A DNA stretch of 64,000 nt from contig OZ024747.1 of assembly GCA_964016885.1 (NCBI GenBank), positions 74,772,001 to 74,836,000 of the forward strand, in the 5' to 3' direction. The position numbers were made by a program, and so were the translations under genes. This stretch comes from Eledone cirrhosa (Eukaryota). Shown here piece by piece: positions 14,846-29,450 of the stretch. Position 1 is the first letter of the stretch, and each line of letters begins with the position of its first letter. The notes under the pieces are model-generated. The model made no database searches. It was not told the origin of the DNA and saw only the letters and a list, made by a program, of their open reading frames with translations.

Positions 14846-17800
14846 TTTCTCTGAGTGCCAGATCTTAGTGTATTTTTGTTTTTCTACTCTAAGGTCAACT
14901 GGGTTATATCTTTATCTGTAAGATCTTCCTCAAATATAGGGTATGCTATTCAGTGCCTGTAAAATAAAAGAAAAGAGAAAATAATATGGAAGCCTTTCAT
15001 TGTAAATGTAATCACAATTAACAGCTAACAAACTGCTTCTCATCTCACTACTTATTCAATCATTTTTCCAGTCTACTACCCATTTTTGCTTTGTGAGATC
15101 ATGCCAACATGACTCTCACACTGATATTGAATGACATGTTAGATTAATCTACAATTATTTCTCTCTGCTTCTAATCTTATAAATACTGAACATCCATAGC
15201 ATTAGAAACTTTAATACCTCCACATGAAAAGTACTTCTAATTAAATTCTATTCTTTTTTTACTTGTTCTCTTTTGTTTCTGGTAGTATTAACAGCCTTAA
15301 AATTGAGAAAACATGAAAAGAGGAAAACTATATTAACATATTAACATCGTTTTCTAATTTCTTTTTGTAAAGTTTTTTTTTTTTCCTTGTTCTCTCATTT
15401 TCCTTTTTTGAGAAACTGAAAATTTAAGTAATTAATTCTTAAAACAAATGCTTCACCTGGATGAAATATTACAGCTATGAAGGAAAATTCAAACTTAAGA
15501 TTTTTATTTTAAAAATAAATAATTTTAATAGAATATAATATGCATTTTATAAACTGATCCTATAAATATATTTTGTATATATTTGTCATATTTTGTATGG
15601 AATTATTTTTAAATAGTTAGTATTAACCTTCAGCTGAATTATATGAGATGTTTTACACTTTGTTAGATATCTTGTTAATTGGTTGAAAGATAAGAGAAAT
15701 TATACATCATCCAGGGAATTAATATTAAATTTGCTTTGCCTATTAAGTTTTTCTATAGCTTATCACCTGTCAGTGCTGATACCCTCATAATATAATTCAC
15801 TTAATGAGTAGATATTGAAGAATTCTTACAAGCACACCTGTGTAATGTGTTGAAATGTAAGCAATAGCTATAAATACTTTTGTCTGCCAAATAATATAAT
15901 ATAATCTGTCCATTAACTAATATTGAAAATAATGAAATATCTATAGAGTACAGCTGCTGCTCTCCTTATCAATCTAAAAGTAGTTCCAGAGTGTTGTACA
16001 GTTATACAAGATGTTAAAAGTAATAATTTATAATATTGAATTTGAATACAGTCACCAAAGTGTAGATAACTATGGACAAATATGCCTACAGTAACTATCT
16101 TCTTCATCTTTGCCTTCTTACTGAGAGGGTTGTGAAGGCTGAGTCATCAGACACACCCATTTTCTGTTTCTCTTTCCAGTCCATGAATCTCTTCAGGTAG
16201 TACATATATAATTTTATATAAGGAATATAAACTGTAACCAACACAAAAATTAAACAAACAAAATGGTTTGAAATGAAAAAAGGCCAATTATGAAAAATAT
16301 ATATATATCGAAGAAAGAATTAACGACAGCCTCAACACAATCCAAGGAAATCTTCCAATCCCTATTGGAGGAAGTAAAAAGGAATGGTCTAGCTACATTG
16401 AAATATTGAGAAAGATGCTTCACCACTTCACCATTGAAATATATCTGGAGTTTAAAAGTTGTATTAACAGTTTAAAAATTGATAGGTCCATCATAGACCA
16501 TAAAAGCCACTACATCTCCAAGACATCCTAGTGCAACATTTTACAGATATTTACATCGATTTTTATTAACAGATATCCAACTATCAAGTAGCTAAAATAG
16601 TTTGTTACCCATATAATGGATTTTCCATACACTGAAACTTCAGTAACAATAGTAATTTTCCTTGCTTTTGTGTGTTTTATACATATGATACCAAAGACAT
16701 GAAAACATCAAGTGTTTTTATATGTGAATAGATCAATATATATATATTGAATAATGTGTGAGTAGTGTGTGTGTGTGCGAATATTTTATGTGCTCTTCTT
16801 CATTTGCAATAGCAATAATAATGAAATCTTAAAGTAAATACTCTTTCTTGATAAATATGGAAATACAGAGAGAGAACAGAGAGAGAGGATGGGGAGAGTA
16901 AGAATAATGAAGAAATCACAGCCAATTGTTTTCTAATTTCATTATAGGAAGAGTGAAGGGATGTTTTACCTTGATCTTATTGTATCATGGTGACTGATCA
17001 AAACAAATCACTGTAAGGAGATCATATTGATGAGGTTAACTACTTCAAGTTACAAATCAATTTGAAAGCAACTTTATCTAGAATATCAATCTTAGAACAT
17101 AATAACAATTTGAACTGCTGTGCATATAAGTAGTAAATACATCATCCTCATCATCATCATCATCATCTTTGTTGTGTTATAGGACTTTTGTGTTTTGTGA
17201 GGTCAACTGATTACAAACCTATCATTTTCTCTAAGGCATATAAAATATTTTCTCAAATAATTGATCAATATAGTTTCTAATGTCACAAAGAATTGATAAT
17301 GTTGTTGTGAAAGTTGGTGATACAGGTGATTGGTGGTGGGGATGGTGGTAGTGGTGATGGGGATGGTGGGGATGGTGGTGGTGTGTAGTGATAGAGGTGC
17401 TGGTGGTGATGGTGGTGGTGTTAAAGTTGATTGACATTTGCTGTACTTTAAAGAGAGAAAAACAGTTTTGATAAACAAACATGGGTGATGCTGAGAGTAA
17501 CATTTTATTCTCCAAGTGCCAAAAATGTACTGATACATATTTTACCACCCCAGCCCCTTCAATGTCAAAGACCTACTGGTTTTGAGACACAAGTCAAGAC
17601 AAAGATTCCAGACCTCCTTACCGAGTGTGTTGAAGCTCATCAAATCAAACCAAGGAAAAAATGTTTCCATTGTCTTCCATTGCTGATACTATCAACTGGT
17701 CACAACTACTGACAGAAAGAGCAACATGAAATAAAGCTTCTTGCTCAAGGACATAATGCATCGCCCATAATGCATTGCCATCTCACAATTGCAACTCCAA

Positions 17801-18339
17801 TTTTTTAATCACTAAGCCATGCATAAATGGAGTAAATTTAATCAAAATATATTTTATTTTATTTTTAACTTCTAATTGAAAAATTGTATAATTGCAGGAA
17901 CAAGTTTGACAAATAGCATTAAATAATACTTTTCTTCTATGATAAAATAATTATTTTCCATTTATATAATTCTGCAAATATAAAATAACCATGCAATAGG
18001 TTTCTAGCCAAGTAAATGGGAGATTTGACTTTTTAGGGTCTCTGAAGCTAGTGGGAGGAGGGGAAAAGGTACTCTCAGACAGGAGACCTAGCCTGATGAC
18101 TGTTATTTTCTTTATTACTGATGCTGAATAATGAAAGCAAAGTTAACCTAAGTGAAATTTCAACTCAGAACATTAAGAAATATAACAAAATGCCATTTTT
18201 TTTTTCAATATCCACAATGATATTGATAGTTAGCTAGACGTGTTTCCTTTTACAGCAGGAATTCTATTTCTATGTGAAACATCATAATTATAATATATTA
18301 TTTTCCATCATACTTATAAATTTTCTTATAGTAATAACA

Positions 18340-18542
18340 TATGAGGGGCAGCTGAAAAGTTCATAGGCTGACCAAGATACTCTCAAGGGATGACCAAATA
18401 GGGTTTATTTTTAAACATAGTCCCTGGAAAGAAACAATGCAGTTAATACTAAAAAGACATGAAATTGATGCATGCAAGATTTCACAGCTCTAGCATCATT
18501 CCTTCATAGTCAGCCTATGAACTTTTTCTGCTCACCTTCATA
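18340..18542. mobile_element. Mariner-type MITE, copy 3
   Basis: tatgaggggcagctgaaaagttcataggctgac ... gtcagcctatgaactttttctgctcaccttcata. Confidence 0.8.
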
Positions 18543-18722
18543 TATATAAATAATTATCTATGATTGTTTTAGATAGTCTATGATATTATACATAAAAAAC
18601 TATTTTAACATTGATTTTCATTGTACGATGCTATAAAGATTAAATTTCCTAGTGTATACATGTAATTCTAGAAACTTTTCTTCATATAATTAATACTTAT
18701 TTTGTTTTATTCTCTATTTCAG

Positions 18723-18796
18723 GTTAAACAAAATATCAATTATTATTTAGATTTTTGGATGGAATTACCAATAGCACCAGATTACTTTGTATCATG
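18723..18796 (+). CDS. Candidate internal coding exon (74 nt), unknown protein
   Basis: Long polypyrimidine acceptor ttttgttttattctctatttcag and donor TG|gtaagg. Only one frame is open: VKQNINYYLDFWMELPIAPDYFVS(W/C). Confidence 0.55.
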
Positions 18797-19850
18797 GTAA
18801 GGATTCCATTCACTTCTTTTTGTGTGGATTAGAAAAAGATAATAATTATATATATGTTTGTGTGTGTGTGGATGTGTGTGAATGTGTGTGTGTGAATGTA
18901 CATGAAACTATATGTATATGTATGAATCTGTGTATATATATGAACATATATGTATATATATGAATACATATATATGTGTGTGTATATATATATGTATATA
19001 GGTATATAGGTATACATATATACATATGTATATATACATGCATCTATATACATACATGTATATACGTATGTATACATACATTCATATATATACATACATG
19101 TGCATATATATATACATTTGTATATATACATACATGTATATATATATATATATAAATATACATGTATTTATATATGTGTATGTGTGTATATATATATAGA
19201 GAGAGAGAGAGCGAGCTGTGAAAGTGGACATTAAATGGTGATGTATGTATGTGTATATATATATATATATATATATAAATTTATATATGCATATGTGCAT
19301 ATGTATATATATATGCATGTGCATATATATATATATCTGTATGTATATGCATATATATACATATACATATATATGTATCTGTATGTATATATGCATGTGT
19401 ATATATATATATATGTGTGTGTGTCTGTGTGTCTGTGTGTGTGTGTGTGTGAGTGTCTGTGTGTGCGTAATAATGGTGCATATGAAGGCATACAAGATAT
19501 GTTTATGTATCATAAACATACATAAGTCTTGTTATGAGTATTTAAATCTGTGATGATGTCACACATATCTCAGCAGCCGTGTGAGAGTGCCAGACAGCTG
19601 TTTCACTGATTTATGTTATGAATGTTATTACTTTGTCTTTCTTCTTTCACCAAATGAAAAGTGTATTCAGTTGCCAGAACTTCAATATCAAGAAGAAACT
19701 AACTAAAGGTATTTTAACTGTATGAAATAACAAGGAAAGATGGAAGGCTTCCTCTGCTCTCTAGCAAACTATAGAGGAAAGAGGTAACTCCACACTGCTG
19801 AAACTTTCTTCCTAATATCAATAAAACTTGTTTCTTTGATCTAGAACTCT

Positions 19851-20035
19851 TACCATATATACTCAAAAATCGATGGTAGAGGGGTGGTCAACATATATTT
19901 GGGATAAATATTTTGATGATTTTCTCCAACTTCAAATTCTACATAAATAAGATTTTTAGGTTTTTGCCCATTTTTCAGACAAAACAGTGGGAACAGCTTA
20001 TATTCATAATGGCATATATTTGAGTTTATATGGTA
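19851..20035. mobile_element. pogo/Tigger-like MITE
   Basis: Inverted termini taccatatatactcaaa ... tttgagtttatatggta, with TA at both ends. Confidence 0.65.
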
Positions 20036-20797
20036 ACTTGTTCTGGGTTAAAAATTAGCAAACATTTTAGAAAAATGACAAGTGGAAAGGTAAGAAAAGT
20101 TGATTGTCTAGTATTGTGTTAAACCTGAATAATTTGACAGCCATGAGGAGTTGGAAAAGGGACAAAAAATGGAAAGAATATATCATTAATTCAGCTCCAC
20201 TCCACATTTGTCTGAAATGAGAGAGAGTAAATGATGGTGAATGTGATAGACAATAAAAAATATTTGTCTTCAGACAGAAAGAAGAATATTGTTAGAAAGG
20301 GAAGATACTGAAAGCTTCTTCCACAAAACTTGACAGAAATAGAGGACTGATGAAGTAGAAAACATTTCTATGTTGGCTACTATAACAGTTCCATGGAGGC
20401 ATCTTTCAGACATGTAAATCAGTTAGGCAATGACCCTGAAATATACTGGGGAAAACATTCCTTTGTTTTATTTTGTCATCCTTTGCCCTTTATATACTTC
20501 TACTGCATTGTACCAGCTTTCTGAAACTCATCAGTCATTTGTTACATATCTCACATTGTTTTGTATTCACTGGAAATATTAATAACTATAAGGTTTATCC
20601 TAGAAGTTAGGACACTTTATTTCATAAGATATCTCAGGTCAGTTGCTGTGGACATGATAGCCATCAGCATGAGCAGAGCTTCTTTTATTCTTGTGATGCA
20701 CCTGAACATGGAGCATCAATGATTTTTACCTGGGATTTAGTTGGTAATTTGTCTTTCAGCATCATACATCCTCATCAAGCTCTGTTTTGTATTAAAG

Positions 20798-21231
20798 TAT
20801 GAGGGCCAGCTGAAATGTTCATTGGTTGACCAAGATGTTCTCATGGAATGTCCAAATGAGGTTTAATTTTCAACATAAGAGGTGGTATCAAAATGTGTGC
20901 TGAGTGACCTCACTGTGTTCCCTTCACAACTTGTGAGATTTGTGTTTTTATGGGACCAGTGTATTGCTATGGAAGGTGACTATTTCGAAGGAGATGATGT
21001 TAAAAATATTAGTTTTTTTAAAACATAACAAGTCCAGGAACTTTTTGAAACCACCTCGTAGTCCCTGTTATTGATAAGAAAAGTTGAAATAAATGCATGT
21101 AAGATTTCACAGCTCTAAGCATCACTCCTTCATAGTCAGCCTATGAACTTTTCAGCTCTGTGTGCAAGATTTCACAGCTCTAGCATCACTCCTTCATAGT
21201 CAGCCTATGGACCTTTCAGCCCACTCTCATA
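20798..21231. mobile_element. Mariner-type MITE, copy 4, interrupted by a second MITE
   Basis: Same family as 8500, 12544 and 18340. Split at caacaTA|gtccc, with the right end partly duplicated. Confidence 0.75.
20876..21060. mobile_element. Nested Tc1/mariner-type MITE
   Basis: ta-agaggtggtatcaaaa ... ttttgaaaccacctcg-ta inverted termini, with a duplicated TA target inside the host MITE. Confidence 0.75.
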
Positions 21232-21448
21232 CCACAACCCAAGCAACACTGCTCTCTCTGTGTCCCCCCTTTCCAAAGCCACAGATGCTTTGAAGCAACT
21301 TTTGTTGCTTTTTGTAGCTAACTTGATGACCTTGTTACCTACTGGCTCCTGTAATGTCCAGAAGTTTATAGGTTCTGCTGAAAGGACTGGTCTGACACAC
21401 AGACAGATCTCCAGCTGGGTGATAGATACAGCCTCTATTTCAGATCTA

Positions 21449-21481
<33 letters not shown>

Positions 21482-22109
21482 CAGCAGCAGCACCAGTAGT
21501 AGTATAGTAGTAGTAGTAGCAGAAACACATTCACCTTCACTGTTGTAGATGTTACCTACTTTAAATCTCTTCTGTACTTCACGGTTAATTAACAAATGAT
21601 CAGTATATATATATATGTGTATGTGTGTGTGCGTGTGTGTGTGTTTAAGTTAAATTGAGTGTATATGTTAAGTGTGTGTGTGTATATATGTGTAACTGTG
21701 TGTGAGCATATATATGTAATTGTGTGTATATATATGTGTAATTGTGTGTGTATATATATAGGGTGTGGACTAAAATAAATCAACCTAATACTACTATCTT
21801 TTAATATCAGTGGTTAGAGTAATATGGTGATAGATTCTTGGTCAATCAAGTCCTTGACCTTTCTTACACATCTCTCACATAGAACTAATCACTATACAAA
21901 CTTCATGACATACTCGTTTATCTCCCCTTCTAACATTTTCAAATTGTATATCGATATAAAAATCTTATTAAGTCTACATTGATTAAACTAATCAAAAAGA
22001 TAAAATTCGATTTTAAAACATAGCAGCAACTTATGATTAAATTTTGGAAAATTATATTGTTAATTGTGTTTACAACATTAATGATTCTCTTGAGAACTGA
22101 ATTTTTAAA

Positions 22110-22191
<82 letters not shown>

Positions 22192-22368
22192 TATATATAT
22201 ATACTATATGCACACACACACACACACATATGTACTTATGTATCTGTGTGTGTATCTCATTAATATATACATAAGATTATAATTTCCAGATTATTAATGT
22301 CACGTTTAGAGATAAATATAGATAAAATTGAAATGTAACATTTGATTTACATTGTCAGTGACCTAGTG

Positions 22369-22543
22369 ATCGGTAGAGGGTCGGACGCTATGCTTTGACG
22401 TATAGAGTTACGGCCCTTGCCATTCTGAGTTCAAATCCCGCCGAGGTTAACTTTGCCTTTCATCCTTCCGGGGTCAATAAAATAAAGTACCAGTAATACA
22501 CTGGGTAATTGCTGGCATTGTGCCTAAAGTAGAAACAATTATT
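22369..22543 (+). mobile_element. Nin-type SINE
   Basis: Same family as 6584-6763. Confidence 0.8.
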
Positions 22544-23082
22544 ACCTTTAGTTAAGATAAAACAATTCCTATTTTGGATCTAATCTCTTACTATGTATAC
22601 AACCAGAAATAAGATATATATGAGAATTGATTAAAATGTGTAGATCTAAATATGAAACATTTTTCTTCATCTCTAAAATATTAGGTTGTGTGAAAATGAT
22701 TCTCTTAGTTACAATTCTTGTCAGATATTTAGACATATAGTCTAACTTGGGGTCACATATGGTGTCTAACTTGGGTTCACATGAACATTAGGGTTCAGTA
22801 AATTATTATGAGGGTGGGGGTCTCACTAAATATAGGAGTAACCTACAGGGTTTGCCACTATAGTTTAACAGTTCTTCAAGACAACCTTCATGATATTTTA
22901 ATGGTTCTACTTTAATATGTTATTTTTATGAAATGTTTTGTTTTTGTTTTTTTTATAAACTATTTAAATACAATTGATTTCATATCAGGGAGTTAAAATA
23001 TTCCTTCTTTTACTCTGTAAAAATAAAGGAACCACTACCTGTTGACAGGTTTGTTGAGAGCTGGTAATATGTCCATGACAGT

Positions 23083-24738
23083 TGTAATAGAAAGACCCAG
23101 GCTAGATGTAGAATATAGACACCAACATAGCTAGTAATAGACCCAGGCCAGATGTGGAATATAGACACCAGCATAGCTAGTAATAGACCCAGGGCAGATG
23201 TGGAATATAGACACCAGCATAGCCAGTAATAGACCCAGGCCAGATGTGCAATATAGACACCAGCATAGCCAGTAATAGAGCCAGACCAGATGTGAAATAT
23301 AGACATCAACATAACTAGTAATAGAGCCAGACCAGATGTGAAATATAGACATCAACATGACCAGTAGTAGACCCAGACCAGATGTGGAATATAGACACCA
23401 GCATAGCCAGTAATAGAGCCAGACCAGATGTGAAATATAGACATCAACATGACCAGTAGTAGACCCAGACCAGATGTGGAATATAGACACCAGCATAGCC
23501 AGTAATAGACCCAGGCCAGATGTGCAATATAGACACCAGCATAGCCAGTAATAGAGCCAGACCAGATGTGAAATATAGACATCAACATAACTAGTAATAG
23601 AGCCAGACCAGATGTGAAATATAGACATCAACATGACCAGTAGTAGACCCAGACCAGATGTGGAATATAGACATCAACATGACCAGTAGTAGACCCAGAC
23701 CAGATGTGGAATATAGACATCAACATGACCAGTAATAGAGCCAGGCCAGATGTGGAATATAGACATCAACATGACCAGTAATAGAGCCAGACCAGATGTG
23801 GAATATAGACATCAACATGACCAGTAATAGAGCCAGACCAGATGTGGAATATAGACATCAACTTGACCAGTAATAGAGCCAGGCCAGATGTGGAATATAG
23901 ACATCAACATGACCAGTAGTAGACCCAGACCAGATGTGGAATATAGACATCAACATGACCAGTAGTAGACCCAGACCAGATGTGGAATATAGACATCAAC
24001 ATGACCAGTAATAGAGCCAGACCAGATGTGAAATATAGACATCAACATGACCAGTAATAGAGCCAGGCTAGATGTGGAATATAGACATCAACTTGACCAG
24101 TAATAGAGCCAGGCCAGATGTGGAATATAGACATCAACATGACCAGTAATAGAGCCAGACCAGATGTGGAATATAGACATCAACATGACCAGTAATAGAG
24201 CCAGGCCAGATGTGGAATATAGACATCAACATGACCAGTAATAGAGCCAGGCTAGATGTGGAATATAGACATCAACATGACCAGTGATAGAGCCAGACCA
24301 GATGTGGAATATAGACATCAACATGACCAGTGATAGACTCAGACCAGATGTGGAATATAGACATCAACATGACCAGTAATAGACCCAGACCAGATGTGGA
24401 ATATAGACATCAACATGACCAGTAATAGACCCACACCAGATGTGGAATATAGACATCAACATGACCAGTAATAGAGCCAGACCAGATGTGGAATATAGAC
24501 ATCAACATGGCCAGTAATAGACTCAGACCAGATGTGGAATATAGACATCAACATGGCCAGTAATAGACTCAGACCAGATGTGGAATATAGACATCAACAT
24601 GACCAGTAATAGAGCCAGACCAGATGTGGAATATAGACATCAACATGGCCAGTAATAGACTCAGACCAGATGTGGAATATAGACATCAACATGACCAGTA
24701 ATAGACTCAGACCAGATGTGGAATATAGACATCAACAT
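23083..24738. repeat. 46-bp minisatellite, about 36 copies
   Basis: Unit ccagtaatagagccagaccagatgtggaatatagacatcaacatga; starts at 23821 and 23867. There are no unique spacers. Confidence 0.95.
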
Positions 24739-26704
24739 ATTCATTATCTATATAGGTAATCAGTGGTAAAAACATGATTTATATACTGGTTACAGGTGTG
24801 TATATATTCTATTATATCATGGTTAACATTACAGAATGACCAGTTTGTGTGTGTTTCCATGTAGTACATAATATATGTGTAATGAACTAGAATTTGAGGG
24901 TTGTGGGCCCCATACCAACAGGACCAGTTGCACCCCACCCCAGCCCCTTCATCTCTCTCTGGTCTACCAAACATGGAAGATATGGAATTGGAATAAACTT
25001 TGAAATACAGATTCTAATAAATTTTCTGGAATATATAGACAATTGAAAGAGTCTTTTTACACACACGCAGGCGTATATATGTGTGTATAATGGCCACAAA
25101 TAAATATTACTACTATTAACGTCATCATCATCATCATCTACACATCTGTTACCTCTATCATTAATAGGCAAATATCTAGATTTAATATTAATAACAATAA
25201 ATAATAGAAAATAAAATAGTATTCTCAAGGGAAGCTACTCTTCAAATTTTTGTATTTACTTCCCTTGTATGAGAAAATGATGCTTTGCAGAGCGATTTTT
25301 ACTGCATAGAATTCGATGACGATTGTAGCGTTGTTTTACCGATATTACATGTATTAAAGACACGGAATTTTGTACCTACTCGTTATTGTAAAATTGCTAC
25401 CATATGTTTTTGTTTGTCTATCTATTACTGTTGATATAATCAACTGGTTTAGTTTTCATTAATTAATTTGTTGTATCTTAAAAATAGAATTATGTTGTTT
25501 TTTTATATATATATTTCTAATTATTTTCTGGTCTGAAAATATTTTTATTTAATGAAATAAGTACTGTAACTCTGTCAACATAAATATTTTGGAGTTGGGA
25601 CATTAGAAAAAATAATACATTAATGCAGTACACAAATAACTATCTGTAGTACGTCTATCAGGCTAAAATTTCTGTAGTGAAAAATACAGCGACAGCTTCT
25701 ATTTTCTATAACTATCTGTAGATTATATTAGGTAAAAGCAACACCATATCTAAGCAATGTCTATAGAAATAGCAGTTAAAGTCACACTAAGTGTAAATTC
25801 TGTCTCGAGCCTGGAGGTTCATCAGACTGGTGTTTATGCCAGTTTCTGTGGTATGAAGTGACTGAGAGTACAAGACTTCCCCTGGACAGGACACTGGTCC
25901 ATCGAAGGATTAACCCCACACCTATTACTGGTATTCATTTTCAGCTGAGTATACTTGAGCAATGTAAAATGAAGTGTTTTGCTGAAGAACTCAACAGATG
26001 TGCCATTGTCTTAAAAATGAGTGGTCACAATATATAATACAGTTCAGGATACATTGTGGCTAAAATAACACCCACCCCACCCCCAGTAAATTTGGATGGT
26101 CACAGTTAAAATGACTTTGATTAAAGGTGTGTTTAATCAAGTTAGACCTGGAGGCTAAACAACAACCAATATATGATGGGGAGATAGAACAGGTAAAGCA
26201 CCACATAGAAAAGACCTTGTGGTATTTGGTTACATCCCTTTATGTTTTGTGGGTTCAAATAGTACTGCAGTTCATATTGCCTTTCATCCTCCCAAGGTGG
26301 ATAAAAATAATTACTATGGTCGATATAAGCTAAACATCTGTACGCTAGAAGGCTTGTGACCCAGCATGGCCACTGTCCAGTGGCTGAAACTCATAAAATT
26401 AATAAAATATTCAGATAATTCAATATCAAGAACATTTCCAAGAAACTATCCTGGAGGGAGATTTTGTCTACTAATTACATGAATAACCTCAGTTAATCAA
26501 AGTTTTTTTAAAACTCAGTAAATTACATGTAGGTAGGAAATTGGCAGTCATTGAAATTGGATAGAATGCTTTGCAATATTTTGGCTCTCTGCCCACAGAT
26601 CCTATCAAGTTCAACTTTGCCTTTCATCATTTTGAGGTCAACAGAAGCACTATCAGTCCAGTACTGGGGTTGATTTTTCCTCTATATTTCGTTCTCATTT
26701 CCCC

Positions 26705-26748
<44 letters not shown>

Positions 26749-28832
26749 AATCAGAAACCATTATTAAGTTGTGCTTGGCAGCATAGAGTTACGGCCCTTT
26801 AGGGTCTGAGTTCAAATCCCACTGAGGTTAACTTTGCCTTTCATCCTTACGGGGTCAATAAAATAAAGCACCAGTAATGCACTGGGGTCGATTTAATCGA
26901 CTTTCCTCTCCTCTAAAATTGTTGGCCATGTGCCTAAATCTGAAACCATTATTAAGTTGGTGTTTGGAACATAACTTAACAAAGTTTCTTACATCAAATT
27001 AAATTATGATGAAAGCGTTTTAAATATATATAAACACTTTAAAATAGTTTTCTATCGCAAAACGATGAGCAGTTTCCAGCAATTTGGTATGAAAATGGTT
27101 AAATTATATAACTAGTCTCATGTAGCATTGTAGCAAGAGTTTGTGCCACATGTAGCAGTCCTTGTGTTTACTTCTCCCCCTCCGCACCCCCACCATAGAC
27201 ATCAAAAGGTTAAGAGTATTTGGGGGGATTTCTTTCATGTATAAATTTAAATTAATATTTATGGTTATTATATTCCTCATTAAACTTTTTTCTTTAATTA
27301 AAATTGAATCATTAATGAGAAATAAAATTAATTAAAATTGTTTTATTCTTTTAACGAAGACCAGGGTATGGGTGGTGGGGTGGAGCTTCAAAAACTCTGG
27401 GTTTAGACTCTCATTCGCAAGCCACATATTTCACAATATTTTATAAATTCTATTTTCTAAATCTGAGGTTGCACCATTGAAGGGTATGGGGAGGCAGTGC
27501 CATCCAGTCTCCCCCACCCCACACAATTCCTTGGTGACAGGCATACCTTTAACCCTTTTAGTACTATGTTATTTTTTACTATAAAGGACCAAGAAAGACC
27601 TGGGCAGGGGTTGTGAGAGCTGACCTCAAATCAATGAGACTCACAGAGGAAATGACGAGGAAACATGACAAGTGGAAGATGTCTTGCTGAGAAGGAACCA
27701 TCCAACCCATGTAAGACTGGAAAAACAGATATAAAAACGATGTTGATGATGATAGCAAAAATTACTATAGGTTCAAATCCCGCCAAGATTTCTTCCAGAG
27801 AAGGATAGAGAGTGAGAGAGAGGAAGTGAGAAAGAGATATAGAAGAAGAATGAACCCAGTACAAGACGTAATTTTTTATCGACCTCAAAAGGATGAAAGG
27901 TAAAATCTTCTGTGTTAAGGCCTGGAGAGGAGATGGGCTCCACCAGGTTTTAAAGTGCCCTAGAGAACATCTCACTATGGCACACCTACAACTTCCTCAG
28001 GAATTACAGGTCCATATATACATATTATTAATTTAGAATTACTGGTTTATTAATGTTTCAGTGCTAGGCTGTAAAGAAGGTACTCAGTCACTGATGAAAT
28101 ATCAATACAGAGGTGAAACCAGTCTGGCTAATTCCTCTATTTTTTGTCCTTAAAGATATTGTATATAAAAACAAGGTGTTTACATCTGTCTATTGCATAC
28201 AGCATTGGTTAGATAATAGCTTTATAAACTACATAATATGACAGCTGTACCTTGATAACGTCTGTCTTCCTCATTTGGTGGCTATTGTGGTCCTGTTTGG
28301 TTTTCCAAGTTTGGGAAGGTGGGCAATAGACATTCATTTTGCCATATTTGGAGGGTGGGTCATGGGTTTGTTTAGCAGGAATCATGCTAATGTTTTATAG
28401 ACTGATTGGAGCAATAACGGTTTGAATTATGTATATTTATATATATACTGTAGTACAGTGTAGTATTAATTTTAAAATCCTATTATCTTGCAAATGATTT
28501 TTATGAGAGCAAAATACAGCTTCTTATTTTTAAAAATCAATATACTTACTTCATGCTAATAAATATTCTTATAAATAACTCATAATTGAATGAATTACTT
28601 TCATAATCAAATAGATTTAATTGATTTTCTGTTATTAATATATAATTCTCATGTATCAAGACTCAGTTCTGAGCCACTCTACAGTTTATCAGCACCTAGA
28701 AAGTTTCTCTACAAAGTGCAGCCCTGGGTCCTCAAAAATATATCATAGTTACTTTGTTCAACAATTTAGTTTATAGTGAAGGGAGGAAAAGGAGTAAAAG
28801 AGAAAACAGTTGTATTATCATTATTATTGTGA

Positions 28833-29450
28833 ATTGGCAGTATCGGTAGAGGGTCGGACGCCATGCTTTCCAGCGTAGTTACGTCCCTTTGTGGTCTGAG
28901 TTCAAATCCCACCGAGGTTAACTTTGCCTTTCATCCTTACGGGGTCGATAAAATAAAGTACCAGTAATGTACTGGGTAATTGCTGGCCTTGTGCCTAAAG
29001 TAGAAACAATTATTATTATTTGGTGGATTGACAGTATCAGTAGAGTGCTGACAGTTCACAGCTTAGAGTTACATCTCTTTACATTCTGTGTTCAAATCCC
29101 ACTGAATAGGGCTTTGACTTTAATCTTTACAGGTCGATAAAATAAAGTACCAGAAGTGTACTGGGGCCAATTTCATCGACTTTCCCATTCCTTTTAAATT
29201 GCTGACCTTGTGCCAAATGTAGAAACCATTATTTTTTAGGTGGTTTGGCAGTATCGGTAGAGCATCAGACATGCTTTGCAGCATATAGTTACGGCCCTTT
29301 ACGTTCTGAGTTCAATTCCTGCCAAAGTTAGCTTTCCTTTCCATCCTTACGGGGCCGTTAAAATAAAGTACCAGTAATGTACTGGGTCGATTTAATCGAC
29401 TTTTCCTTCCCCCAAAATTGTTGACCTCGTTCCTAAATCACAAACCATTA
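28833..29450 (+). mobile_element. Three head-to-tail Nin-type SINE copies
   Basis: Copies start at about 28833, 29021 and 29238, each with the tRNA-like head, central domain and agaaac(a/c)att-like end. Further copies at about 26775 and 33320. Confidence 0.8.

Noticed and set aside
20515-20537. Minus-strand CTGATGA-gtttca-GAAAGCT
   Set aside because: No stem II, G at position 17 and no stem I.
23083-24738. CRISPR array or repeat-protein ORFs (23010-23634)
   Set aside because: Contiguous 46-bp units without unique spacers, no cas genes and a eukaryotic context. The period is not a multiple of 3.
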